DNA of 64,000 nucleotides. Origin: Octopus sinensis. Its lineage: Eukaryota. Each line of letters starts with the position of its first letter. Positions within the stretch are counted from its first letter, which is position 1. The translations under genes were made by a program, and so were the position numbers. The notes beneath the pieces are model-generated. The model saw only the letters and a list, made by a program, of their open reading frames with translations. It was not told the origin of the DNA and ran no database searches. The stretch covers positions 116,498,001 through 116,562,000 of the forward strand of contig NC_043003.1 in the NCBI RefSeq assembly GCF_006345805.1, written 5' to 3'. This document shows, piece after piece, positions 25,520-37,773 of this stretch.

Positions 25520-26595
25520 TATAGATTCATTATCATCCAAACTGCCAAGTAAGCATTAAAATTGCATTGTGCCCTCCAATCTTTTTTGTGATTTTTCGTG
25601 ATGCTTTTGCAGCTTTGACAATAAAGCATAAAGCTCTACCCCTGGTATTCGAGTACTATTTTTTCTCACCATGTTTTACATTTATTTGCTTACTCTGGTA
25701 CATACATACATACAAAAATACTCTGTTGATGTTGTGGAAATTCTAGTGAAGAAGCTTTAGATCTAGTTCAGAAAACGGCTCTTTCTCTATTGGCAAGAAA
25801 TCTTGAAATAAACTAAAGAATGACACATACGTACAAAGATACATACACACAGATAGGTAGATAGATAGAAAGAAAGACAAACAGGCAGAAAGACAGGTAG
25901 ACAGATACATACAGACTGACAGACACACAGACAAATTGATACTAGTTCGAATTACAGCTAATTCTATGAAAAAAGAAAAAATCCATTAACGCAATTTTGC
26001 ACGGTACAACTATATAATTATTTTACATAAGATATACATTAGAATGCAAAGAAATATTTAATTAGGTGGAGTGCTATTTTAGTAATTATTCGGGTAACCG
26101 ATAGAGAAGATATTAAAAGATCCCCAGTTTGTAGGTATTGTCAATAGCAGATGAAAGTAAGTTGTGATCGTTGTATAACCAAGAGTCAGCCTCGATAGAT
26201 CAGACTCAGTCAAACACCGGAAAAGCTTACAGTTTTATCAGTAGGGTGTGTCTTATTTTAAATAGGATGGTGGGAGGTTTTTGAGAGAGATTATGTTGGA
26301 ATTTATCAGTAAACTTGTTGTTGGAGAGTGGAGGCAATATCTGCTAGGGTGATGGTATCGAAACTGTTGCTCGGAATTTAACAGTAAATCTTATCTACAC
26401 ATACCTTCCTGTCAACACTAGCTGCCATCGTGCCATCTTCCTATGCGGCGCACATAAAATGTGTTCTGGAAATTATCTCTTTTTTGATCGAGCAAAATCT
26501 ATTCAAATGTTATTTTCCCTTCGGAGGTTACGACCTTAGAGTGTTTCACAAACCTCTTTTTTCTGAGATATTTTGAAGTTTGTATTGAAATTTGA

Positions 26596-26597
<2 letters not shown>

Positions 26598-26652
<55 letters not shown>

Positions 26653-26845
26653 CTGCAGCAGTAGTAGTAGTAGTAGTAGTAGTAGGAGGAGGAGGAGGAG
26701 GAGGAGGGGAGGAGAAGAAGTAGAAGAAGAAGAAAAAGAAGAAGAAAAAGAAGAAGAAGAAAAAGAAAAAGAAGAAGAAGAAGAAGAAGAAGAAGAAGAA
26801 GAAGAAGAAGAAGAAGAAGAAGAAGAAGAAGAAGAAGAAGAAGAA
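26598..26845 (+). repeat. Compound trinucleotide microsatellite (AGT)n-(AGC)-(AGT)n-(AGG)n-(AGA)n
   Basis: Direct reading. Similar compound tracts occur at ~19050-19260, ~20280-20400, ~61070-61350 and ~61700-61890; a (TAGG)n tract lies at ~43005-43197. Confidence 0.95.
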
Positions 26846-27335
26846 TTCATGACTGTCTCCAATCGGCGTGTAGATTATAGAGGCCAGTAATGTTAATTAA
26901 GGAAAATCAGGGAAACCGAACATTATTTCTCCATATTTGTCTTTTCTATCTCTCTCTCTCTTTCTCCATCTCTCTTTTTCATCTTCAAAAACACATACTC
27001 ACATACTTACACGTATGATTGTGTGTATGTGTGTGTGTATGTGTGTGTGTATGCGTGCGCGCGTGTGTGTGTATAAACCCGGAATCGATTCTGTGATTCT
27101 TTATCCAGTAATACTGTACTTCTGTAAATGAGGTATTATGTTTCTCATTCCTTATGACTTTGTGTATATCGTTCAACACTCGAACTTCTACGTTGCAGCG
27201 TTAAGATCCATCATAGGCAGTCCATCGCTACTTGTGATTGAGGGTTATCCTCAAAAGAGTTGCATTTATATTCATTGATGCTACTTATTTTCAAATTTCT
27301 TTTAAGTATGTCTTCACGTACGCTTTTTTTTTTCT

Positions 27336-27655
27336 TTCATCATCATTGTTCGACCGTGGTCGAGACAATGGAATTTTCTATGTTACGCCAGACTTCACGG
27401 TCCATCATAGCATTACGGAGGTCCTGTTGCTGGATGCCTGTATCCCTGGAGATTACATCAGTGTAGGAGAGTGTGCGCCCAATGGTATCGCGAGCAGATG
27501 GCTTCCAGAGGAGAAGAGTAAAAATTACCTCGTTTTCAGCTCTACAACAATGTCCAGCAAACTGGACTCTTCTACCTTTCACAAGAGATGATACAGGTGG
27601 TAATTTCCCATATATTTGTACTTTGGTTAGATGACGCTTCCATGAGAGATTTAGG
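27336..27655 (-). mobile_element. RTE-clade LINE 3' fragment
   Basis: LNLSWKRHLTKVQIYGKLPPVSSLVKGRRVQFAGHCCRAENE…DTGIQQQDLRNAMMDREVWR…EQ*, then a (GAT)n tail; same family as 58012-58494. Confidence 0.9.
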
Positions 27656-27681
27656 AACTGACGCACCGACTCCTGTAACAT

Positions 27682-28095
27682 ACTCTTTTACTCTTTTACT
27701 TGTTTCAGTCATTTGACTGCGGCCATGCTGGAGCACCGCCTTTAGTCGAGAAAATCGATCCCGGGACTTATTCTTTGTAAGCCCAGTACTTATTCTATCG
27801 GTCTCTTTTGCCGAATCGCTAAGTGACGGGGACGTAAACACACCAGCATCGGTTGTCAAGCAATGCTAGGGGGACAAACACAGACACACAAACATATACA
27901 CACACACTTATATATATATATATACATATATACGACAGGCTTCTTTCAGTTTCCGTCTACCAAATCCACTCACAAGGCATTGGTCGGCCCGGGACTATAG
28001 CAGAAGACACTTGCCCAAGATGCCACGCAGTGGGACTGAACCCGGAACCATGTGGTTGGTTAGCAAGCTACTAACCACACAGCCACTCCTGCGCC
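27682..28095 (-). mobile_element. SINE family A
   Basis: Full-length reverse copy abutting the RTE fragment. Confidence 0.9.
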
Positions 28096-28129
28096 TATAA
28101 TTTTTCTCGAGACAGTATCCCTGTATATC

Positions 28130-28345
28130 TGAAGCACAATAACTGAAACAGATAATTTTTTTTTTTCAAGTTGGTAAAATATAGCTGAGAACATGAGAGA
28201 CCCAGATCTAGACATATCATATCATTTTACTGAATTTCAGATATTCTTCAAACTTTGTTCTGTCGGTAAAGGTTACAACCTCATCATGAAGTTCATAAAC
28301 AGATTTTCCAGACCAACTTCCGCGATAATGTCTTAATTTTGTTTC
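28130..28345 (-). mobile_element. Possible hAT (Buster/Charlie-like) transposase remnant
   Basis: With a frameshift it reads LSR…KSVYELHDEVVTF…KFEEYLKF, loosely like the RWLSRGKVLxRxxELRxE motif. Highly decayed. Confidence 0.3.
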
Positions 28346-29146
28346 TCTTTCAACTTGTTTTCCGCTCGTTGTTTTTTACCCGTTGTTTTATATCCACTAA
28401 GTCCACTTATTTCTTATTCATGGTTCTCCAGACAGGAAGACGTGAATAAGGAATATTTTTATGTAGCTAAAAGAGTACAAGTCTATTTTAAAATAATTCT
28501 GTATATGATTTAATATATTAAGTGCCTTACCGCTTTTAATTCAGTAATATTTTTCACTTAGTTATTTCTATAAAAGATTGTCTTTATAACTGATAAGGCG
28601 GCAGGAATCATCATAAAAGAAGCTTGTAGAAAATGCCGAAATCGAAGAATCTAAAGGATATTTTAAAATAATATCTGAAGCGCAATAATTACCTGCTGCT
28701 GAGTTTAAAGTGTTTCCGTCGATATTTCGAAAATGCACAAAAATTATGGGAAATGTGAACGAAAATTATTTCTTTAATACAAGGTGTTCCTCTTATGGCT
28801 TTCAAAATATACTCATTACTATTAAAATAAGCTCAAATCATACGGACATCTTTTTAAGCAAGACGGTTTGTCAATGATAAAGGAAAGAGGTGGGGAATGA
28901 AAAACAAAATTACTGCTGTTATCCATAGGAAATGAGAGATTGATATCATATCCGAAAAGAAAATATGTTTAGTGGTTTTATTCAAACGATAATTTGCCCA
29001 GTGTAGAAGATTTAAACGGGTGTGCCGATTAGTTTATATGATAGCGAAATCTGAAATTCTTAAATTGTTCTAATCCTGCCAGCTAGATAATTTATCAGGG
29101 AAAATGATTCAAAGGAAGTGTTTAGTAAAGTACGGTACACTATTGA

Positions 29147-29330
29147 AGGTGCGAGGCTGAGTGGTCAGGGTATCGCACGCACAATCAGAAGATCGTGATT
29201 TCGAATCCCCGACATGACGCAAAATTGTGTTCTTGAGCGAAACACTTAACCTCATGACGCCTCTGTCCACCCAGCTGTAAATAAGTAACCACACCTTAGA
29301 ATGGAGTGATGTTGGTCACTTACACGCCAT
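29147..29330 (+). mobile_element. Diverged CORE-type tRNA SINE
   Basis: tRNA-like head (GGCTGAGTGG…TTCGAATCCC) then TTGTGTTCTTGAGCGAAACACTTAACC…CCACCCAGCTGTAAAT. Confidence 0.65.
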
Positions 29331-30285
29331 GGAACCAGGATAAGCAGTCTTGCTTGTCCCAGGACTCATCGTAGTGTCCAAGGTTTCATGATGTCGCTGA
29401 GTGTACCCCATACATTCTGAGACTATTATAAGATTCCGTGTATGAACAGGAAAAATACGTATAAAATGTAATCAACTTAGTATAATCTTGGACAATGTCA
29501 TCAACTAGCCATTGCAATCAAAAATAAAGAATTCAATGAGTTAAAACAATTTCAAAAAAAGCAAAAACTTTGATTAATGTTACTACTTGGTTATATTTAT
29601 GGAAAATACTAGATCGAAAGTGATCGCGATAAGTGTTAGTCACTGAAAAAAAAACCAAAGTATGTATGCATGTGTATATAGTTAGTTTAGAGATATTCTA
29701 TTGACAATCCATTAATTTATTTATATTATAATATTACATAAAATACTATGGATATAATATATAACATAACATAATATCATATAAATAATTATAAAAGCCT
29801 TAAAAGGCTAACAAATTGTTTCGACTTATATATATTTTTTCTGATGTACATAATCACAGTTCCATTATATATAGTCACCTCAGGGTCCTTGGTTTAGAAA
29901 GACGGAATTCCGTCTGAACGGACAGCTGGATTTGAAAAAAATTAATTCTGTATTTTGAGCGTGAGAGTTGACTATTCAATCTTACAACTATTACAATTAA
30001 AAAAACAAGAAATAAACTTTAACTGACGGTACAATTAACTAAATGCAATCCACAACCATTGAAATTCATTTCATTATATCTCAAACACATACCGATGGAA
30101 ACCTTTCATGTCCAAGATAGTCCCTTGCCACCACAACATGCAATAATAATATATCTGTATATATAAATGTATATAATTTATCTAAGTCTTCTCCTACGTG
30201 TAACTGCAACAAAAAATATATAAACAATTATTGTCTAATTTAACTAATAATAATCTTCTATATTTATTATTTTCTCAGGGAGATA

Positions 30286-30457
30286 ATTCGTCAGGAGACG
30301 CTTCATCCACTGCAGCAGCTTCCCACGGACCCCAGTGTTGGACAGTTTCTTCAGAAGGATTTTGTGGTCCCCTGTCAAGTGCCTGGCTGAAACCAAGGTA
30401 TATGATGTTAGTGTTGGAGCTTTCTCCCCGCGCTTTTAAGATGTCATCCATATGGTG
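30286..30457 (-). mobile_element. CR1/L2-type LINE reverse transcriptase fragment
   Basis: HHMDDILKARGESSNTNIIYLGFSQALDR/DHKILLKKLSNTGVRGKLLQWMKRLLTN matches the YLDFSKAFDxVDHxILLxKL…GxLLxW motif; one frameshift. Confidence 0.85.
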
Positions 30458-31032
30458 CCTATATATACAGGCTTATATGGGTAAAGGACGTCACCAACGG
30501 TGCAAATAACATATCATATGAGAGACAGATACAAGATGTGGACAGTAGTTACAGGACATGAACGAATGAAATATGTAAATACAACGAGAAGAAAAATGGA
30601 AAACAGGACAAGTTAAAATAGGAAAAGGAACTTTCATCAGATGTAGGCTCTGCTCTCTCTCTCTCTATCTCTCTCTCTCTCTCTCTCTGTATATATATAT
30701 AATATATATATTATATATATATATATATATTATATATATATATTATATATATATATATATATATGTATATGTATGTATGTGTGTACGTATGTATAAATAA
30801 ATAATATATATTATATATATGACATATGTATGTATGTGTGTACGTATGCATAAATATATATATAATTATATATCATATATATTATATATATGATATATGT
30901 GTGTGTGTGTGTTATATACGCGTATGAATAATATACAATCACTTGCGTATAAAATAAATCTATACGTGAAAGTATAAATTGGACAGAGGAAAATGTTATT
31001 TGAGCAGTCATTAAAGTTTTTGAGTCAATAAC

Positions 31033-31064
<32 letters not shown>

Positions 31065-31089
31065 TATAATAATAATAATAATAATAATC

Positions 31090-31120
<31 letters not shown>

Positions 31121-31533
31121 AAATATATATATATACTTGCGTGTCCGTATGTATGCATGCATCCATGTATGTATGCATATATGTTTGTATGTATGTATGT
31201 ATGTATGTGTGTGTATGCGTTAGTATATGTGTATATGGGAAAGTTTCCAAGGCTAATCTACTCCTTAAAGTACATAGAGTTGATTATGGTTTAACATACT
31301 CGATGATGGGAGCCAAAAGTGATTTTTAATCAATTGATATCACACTCGAAATGGGACAAAGACTTCATTTGTGTTAATTATATTAATTACTGGAGAAGAG
31401 AAGGGTAGAATGTAAGTACAATTATGGAAGTAGTGGCCACTGAGTCTGAGAAAACTATACCAAGACTCACACATATTATATACATGCACACGTACATATA
31501 TATATGTGTGTGTATATATATACCTATATATAG

Positions 31534-31573
<40 letters not shown>

Positions 31574-31663
31574 TATGTATATATGTATATATATATATAA
31601 TATATTATATATATATTATATATATAATATATATATATATGCATATATGTATGTATGTATATA

Positions 31664-31707
<44 letters not shown>

Positions 31708-32263
31708 ACGTATGTTATATGCATATATATATATAAGTACATATATAAACATATAACGCCACCTAAAGCATATAATATATGTGTGTGTGTCTCTGTGTGT
31801 ATGTGAATATGTATGTTTGCGCATGCGCTCCCCCACGGCGTGTGGGCGTGTGGCCGACCTGAGAGACCTCGGCTGTCGCCATCACTGACCTGCAACTTCT
31901 TTATTCTACTTATTCTCAGTCCGTAAGAGTCCGGTGATCGAGATTATAGAGATTTGCCTACAGATACATCAGATTTGCCAGTGACGGGATGCCAAACATG
32001 AACTGACCTGACGACTGGACGCTCAAGCACTTCATTCATGCACACCTTGTGTTCACTTGGCCAATTTCAACTCTCTGCCAGTTACGTGACGATTAATCAT
32101 TAATAAAACGATGTCCCTCACCAGCACAAAAGTCTCCCATAATTCAATAGCTTCACGTTCATCCAATCCACGGGCTGAATGCCAACATTTCCACTGTTTA
32201 TTTTATACCAACACAAAATCTACTTTCCATATTGCCAAATACGACAAGAACAACATCGACGGC

Positions 32264-32313
<50 letters not shown>

Positions 32314-32332
32314 TAATAATAATAATAATAAT

Positions 32333-32406
<74 letters not shown>

Positions 32407-32412
32407 TAATAA

Positions 32413-32602
32413 TGATGCAGTACCAGGCAGTGGCATGCCCTGATGCAGTACCAGGCAGTGGCATGCCCTGATGCAGTACCAGGCAGTGGTATGCCCTGAT
32501 GCAGTACCAGGCAGTGGCATGCCCTGATGCAGTACCAGGCAGTGGCATGCCCTGATGCAGTACCAGGCAGTGGAATGCCCTGATGCAGTACCAGGCAGTG
32601 GC
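32413..32602 (+). repeat. Tandem array of a 28-bp unit (6 full plus 1 partial)
   Basis: TGATGCAGTACCAGGCAGTGGCATGCCC repeated with no spacers; it is the 5' terminus of the adjacent 550-bp element. Confidence 0.95.
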
Positions 32603-33130
32603 TCTCATGGCTTCTGATCTTAACTGATTGGAAGTGTTATCATGTACATTGTTTTGTCTTGGTATAAAAGACGGGCTACAGCAAATATTCTGCTCAATAC
32701 CACAGATTTGCTTGTCAGTTGTTTGACCTTAACCAGTTGAGCATGTCCCTTAGTGGCTGACGATATGTGCATCTCTGATCACGAGCAGAAGTAGTGGGGG
32801 AGCATCATAGCCATGTGTTGAGAGGGATTCTTTGGGGTTTGAATAGTTCACCTCTGGAAACATGGGTGGTTCTTTCAACATCCTTAAACAACCCTTATTC
32901 AGGGACCGTTTGAGCGGGATGGGCTACTCAACTTGAAGAAAATTCTAACTGGGCCCCACCTGCAAGGTCATGTGCTGTTTATCTTGATATGAGATCACCA
33001 TGTCGCGCACATATGGTTGTGATGCATGTGCCTGGTGTACCTGTATCAGACGGGTAGTCATGATGGGTATATTGGGCTTCGTATATTTTACCCCAGTGTC
33101 ACTTTGATGGCATGAACTGCTCTCTCACTC
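32578..33130 (+). mobile_element. ~550-bp non-coding element embedded in (AAT)n
   Basis: CCCTGATGCAGTACCAGG…CTCTCTCACTC followed by (AAT)n. Other copies: 33441-33569 (3' part), 33627-34163, 35242-35330 (5' part), 50189-50739 (minus). Confidence 0.85.
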
Positions 33131-33408
33131 AATAATAATAATGATAATAATAATATGATAATAATAATAATAATATTAATAATAATAATAATTAATAATA
33201 ATAATATAATAATGATAATAATAATAATGATAATAATAATAATAATAATATAATAATAATATAATGATAATAATAATAATGATAATAATAATAATAATAA
33301 TAATAAATAATAATAATAATAACAATAATGATGGTAATGATAATAAAATAATAATAATAGTAATAATAATAATAATAATAATTAATAATAATAATAATAA
33401 TAATATTG

Positions 33409-33441
<33 letters not shown>

Positions 33442-33569
33442 TCACGCACATATGGTTGTGATGCATGTGCCTAGTGCACGCTTATCAGACGGGTAGTCAT
33501 GATGGGTATACTGGGCTTCGTATATTTTACCCCAGTGTCACTTTCATGGCATGCACTGCTCTCTCACTC

Positions 33570-33625
<56 letters not shown>

Positions 33626-33626
33626 T

Positions 33627-34163
33627 GCCCTGATGCAGTACCAGACAGTGACTCTCGTGGCTTCTGATCTTAACTGATTAGAAGTGTTATCATGTACATT
33701 GTTTTGTCTGGGCATAACAGATGGGCTACAGCAAATATTCTGCTCAATACCACAGATTTGCTTCACAGTTGTTTGACCTTAACCAGTTCAGCTGACGATA
33801 TGTACATCTCTGACCACGAGCAGATGTAGTGGAGGAGCATCATAGCCGTATGTTGAAAGAAATTCTTGGAGGTTTGGATAATTCACCTTTGGAAACATGA
33901 GTGTTTCGTTCAACATCCTAAAACAACCCTTATTCAGGGACATTTTGAGCGGGATGGGTTACTCGACAAGAAGAAAATTGTAACTGAGCCCCACCTGCAA
34001 GGTTATGCACTGTTTATCTTGATATGAGATCACATGCCACGCACATATGGTCGTGATGCATGTGTCTAGTGTAACCTTATCACACAGGTGGTCATGATGG
34101 GTATACTGGGCTTCGTATATTCTACCCGGTGTCACGTTGATGGCATGCACTGCTCTCTCACTC
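33627..34163 (+). mobile_element. Second full copy of the (AAT)n-associated 550-bp element
   Basis: Colinear with 32578-33130 and flanked by (AAT)n on both sides. Confidence 0.85.
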
Positions 34164-34226
<63 letters not shown>

Positions 34227-34243
34227 AAGAAGAAGAAGAAGAA

Positions 34244-35133
34244 GGGTTTATCATAGCAGCTCAAGATCAATGCCTACCAACAAGGAACTGGGTTTATCAT
34301 AGCAGCTCAAGATCAATGCCAACCGACAAGGAACTAGCAGGCCAACATATCAAAGAACGGCAGTAGCCCAACACGTCGTGTATGTCAACAACAAAATGAA
34401 ACCATTGATCATGTTGTCTCCAAGTGCAGTCTTCTAGCGCCTACAGAGTATCTCAATAGGGATGATAGAGCTGCACAATATATTCACTGGCTAATTTGGA
34501 AACACCTGGATTTGCCCCATGAAAAAAACTGGTGGGAACACAAACCACCTCCAGTGGTTGAAAATGACCACATCTCACTGCTCTGGAACTTCACCATTCA
34601 AACTGACAGAAAGATAGATGCAAATAGGCCAGACATCATATTGAAAGACTTCAGACAAAAAACATGCCCCCTCATTGATATGACTGTCCCAATCGATATA
34701 AACTTATCTGTCAAGACCTACCAAAAATTGAGCAAATATAAAGATCTTGAAATAGAAATCAGCAAAATGTGGAACCTGAAGACTAAAACAAAAGCTGTTG
34801 TCATAGGTGCCCTGGGAATGATAGCAAAAGGGGTTGATTGCTACCTAACTCAGATACCAGGAAACCCCAAAATGGCAGAAATTTAAAAGATAGTGCTCAT
34901 GGGAACTGCTCATATCCTACGCAAAATACTTTCTATGTAATCTCAAGTTTTAAAACAAACATAATTTTCGTATGTTTTTTTTTAGACATTCACTAGTACA
35001 ACACTAAATACAAAACCAAATATATGGCACACTAGGCATAACAACAACATGAACTTCCAACCTGTTCTCTCTTGAGGTCTCTGGGTGAGACTTCGAGCCA
35101 ACTTGTACAAATATGAAGCAAAAGTCAAACATA

Positions 35134-35134
<1 letters not shown>
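34244..35134 (+). mobile_element. 5'-truncated R4/Dong-clade non-LTR retrotransposon (zinc knuckle plus restriction-like endonuclease)
   Basis: GFIIAAQDQ…RVCQQQNETIDHVVSKC…NRDDRAAQYIHW…LWNFTIQTDRKIDANRPDII…IDMTVPIDIN…KLSKYKDL…VVIGALG…GTAHILRKILSM* (stop 34938-34940; two internal stops), then a 3' UTR and (AAT)n tail. Confidence 0.9.
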
Positions 35135-35183
<49 letters not shown>

Positions 35184-36019
35184 TAATAATAATAATAATA
35201 ACAATAATAATAACAATAATAATAATTATAATAATAATTGGATCTTAACTTATTGGAAGTGTTACCATGTACATTGTTTTGTCTTGGTATAAAAGATGGG
35301 CTACAGCAAATATTCTGCTCAATACCACAGTTATACACTGCGGTCGTTGTAATCGACTAGCACACCCCCACAAAAATCCAGGCCTTGTGGCTATAGTAGA
35401 AAGGACTCTCTATTATTATTTAGTTCCATCGTTTTCAAGAACTTCCTTACTTAATTCCATAAAAGACATTCCATTTTGTCTTTTTTGTTTCTGGCGTCTT
35501 TTTGCTCCCTTTTCTATTTTTCAGATTATTTATTTATTTATTTTGCTGTCTTGTTAATCAAGCAAGCTCTTAGCTTTAGTTCACTTATCTAATTTTACGC
35601 CAGGGATCAGAAGTACATCTTGGACGAATGTTTCGCTGAGGAGATTAAAAGGTCAAACGTGCGTTTATAAACTTCAAGCTTCTCACCAAGGATTGATGGA
35701 CGTCTGTAACACCATTTCGCTAATTGCTTTGTCATTTCTTCGTTACCCAATAACTCACAGGCCGCTGCACATTGCACATTTCAAGATGCACACACACACA
35801 CTTACGCATATATTGTAGAGCCAGAGTTCTAGAGTATACACATATACATATACATACATATATATATATGTATATATATATCCATATAGATATATATACA
35901 TACTCACACACTTATGTATATACATAATATAGACATATATATATACATATATAATATATATTATATATATATATATATATATACGCGTATATATATACAT
36001 ATACGTTTGTATGTATATA

Positions 36020-36062
<43 letters not shown>

Positions 36063-36143
36063 GTACGTATGTATATATGTATATATATATATACAAATAT
36101 ATAAACATATTTATATATATATACATATATATATATATATTAT

Positions 36144-36192
<49 letters not shown>

Positions 36193-36409
36193 TATGAATA
36201 TATGTGTATGTATGTATAGTGACAAAACTGACTGAAGATAATGAGCTTAATATATATAAATACTAACTTACGTACATATATACACACATATATATATATG
36301 TGAATAGCGTAATATTTCTGCATAGGTGGACATTTAAAATATGTATATGTGTGTATACATATCTATACATACAGCACACCGACACAGACACCCCCACACA
36401 CCCACATGT

Positions 36410-36441
<32 letters not shown>

Positions 36442-37312
36442 CTTTCGTACATATACCTGTGTGTATGTGTGTATATTTCTTCACGTCATATAATGCGAAT
36501 TTCAATGAAGTCACATACACACACACACACACACACACATTCACACACACGAAACAAAATAAAAAAAAACAACCGCATAACGCTGTGGACATTTCCCAGC
36601 CACAAACACGCTTACAAACTTCTCTTAAATTTTGATTTCACTCATTAATACAAGTTGAGAACAAATTTACTCGTCTGCTTTTATTACTTTTCAAACCTGA
36701 TAAGCTTTTTATTATTTTTAAATTTGCTGCGTTATTATTTTTTATATTTATTCAGTAACCTTCTAACACTCTTCGGTTTTATTGCCTTCCTTCCTCCATA
36801 CTCTCTATAAAGTTAATCAGTATTTTTCGTCTACTTTATTCTATATTAACGTAAACTCAATTACAATATTTTCGAGTATTTATTAATTCATATTTTTATT
36901 GATTCTTTTAATGTATTTGCTCATTATATTTACATTTTTGTGTTAATCGGAATGTGTGCAAAATATAAATATGTACCTAAATATTTATTTTCAAATCACT
37001 GCAATCTACGGGGAAAGAGTGTTTACGAGGGTGTCGGGTTGGGGACGTTTTTTTATGTTTTTGTTCAAAATATAGACTTTTCTCAACAATATTCCAGCTT
37101 AGACCATCCAGTCTTTTCTTTCAGAAATAGTGTATGTAGAACTACATTATTCAAAAGGATCATCAACTATTTTAGCAGCTCTTAGCCAGGTGTCGTTGCT
37201 ATCTTGAGTAGATCGGTCAAACAGAAGGTCCCTTATGTGAACAACAGGATATTAGGAGTTTGTAAGCAACAATTACAATAGTCTCTGGTATTGCAGCTAG
37301 AACGCAGACCTG

Positions 37313-37773
37313 GGATCTTTTCAGTTTGAACGGCAGTTTTTTTCTAGCGGTGTTATATGAAATTGTCCCCATAATTATGACCCTAGTATCGATCTATTGC
37401 ATTTCAATCTATTTTAAGGTTAGGGTTAGTTAGGGTTAGCTAGGGTTAGTTAGGGTTAGGGTTAGTTAGGGTTAGGGTGGGGGGGAAGGGTGTCTTTTTT
37501 TCTTCACAAATGTAAATAAACCCAATCTGTTTCTTAAACGAGGGACATATTCATACGACACATAATGTTGTTTACCTCAATGGACGTAATTGATTGGTTG
37601 AAATTGCAGAAATTGAAAAAAGAACAACAAATATCTTACAAACTATAGAATTTTCTCAATAAAGCCAAGAGAAGAAGATGTTTAATAAACTCATTCTACC
37701 AGTATACGAAGTTTAACATTTTTTAGTTACCTAGAAATTATGTTAAAAACTGCCGTTCAAACCGAAAAGATCC
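37313..37773. mobile_element. MITE with GG-terminal TIRs and 8-bp TSD (Merlin-like)
   Basis: TIR GGATCTTTTCAGTTTGAACGGCAGTTTTT / AAAAACTGCCGTTCAAACCGAAAAGATCC; TSD CAGACCTG at 37305-37312 and 37774-37781; internal TTAGGG-like repeats. Confidence 0.85.

Noticed and set aside
30279-30397. Plus-strand exon-like segment with AG/GT boundaries (GDNSSGDASS… or EIIRQETLHP…)
   Set aside because: It is better explained as the antisense of a CR1/L2 RT fragment.
32413-32602. CRISPR-like 28-bp direct repeats
   Set aside because: There are no spacers, the context is eukaryotic, and the unit is the terminus of the adjacent retro-like element.
32581-32640. HDV-like ribozyme at the 5' end of the 550-bp element
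   Set aside because: A 9-bp hairpin and a CTCTCRTGG motif are present, but I could not build P1/P1.1/P2 pairings; a covariance search would be needed.
37418-37486. Telomere or chromosome-fusion relic
   Set aside because: The TTAGGG-like tract is internal to a MITE present twice in the window.
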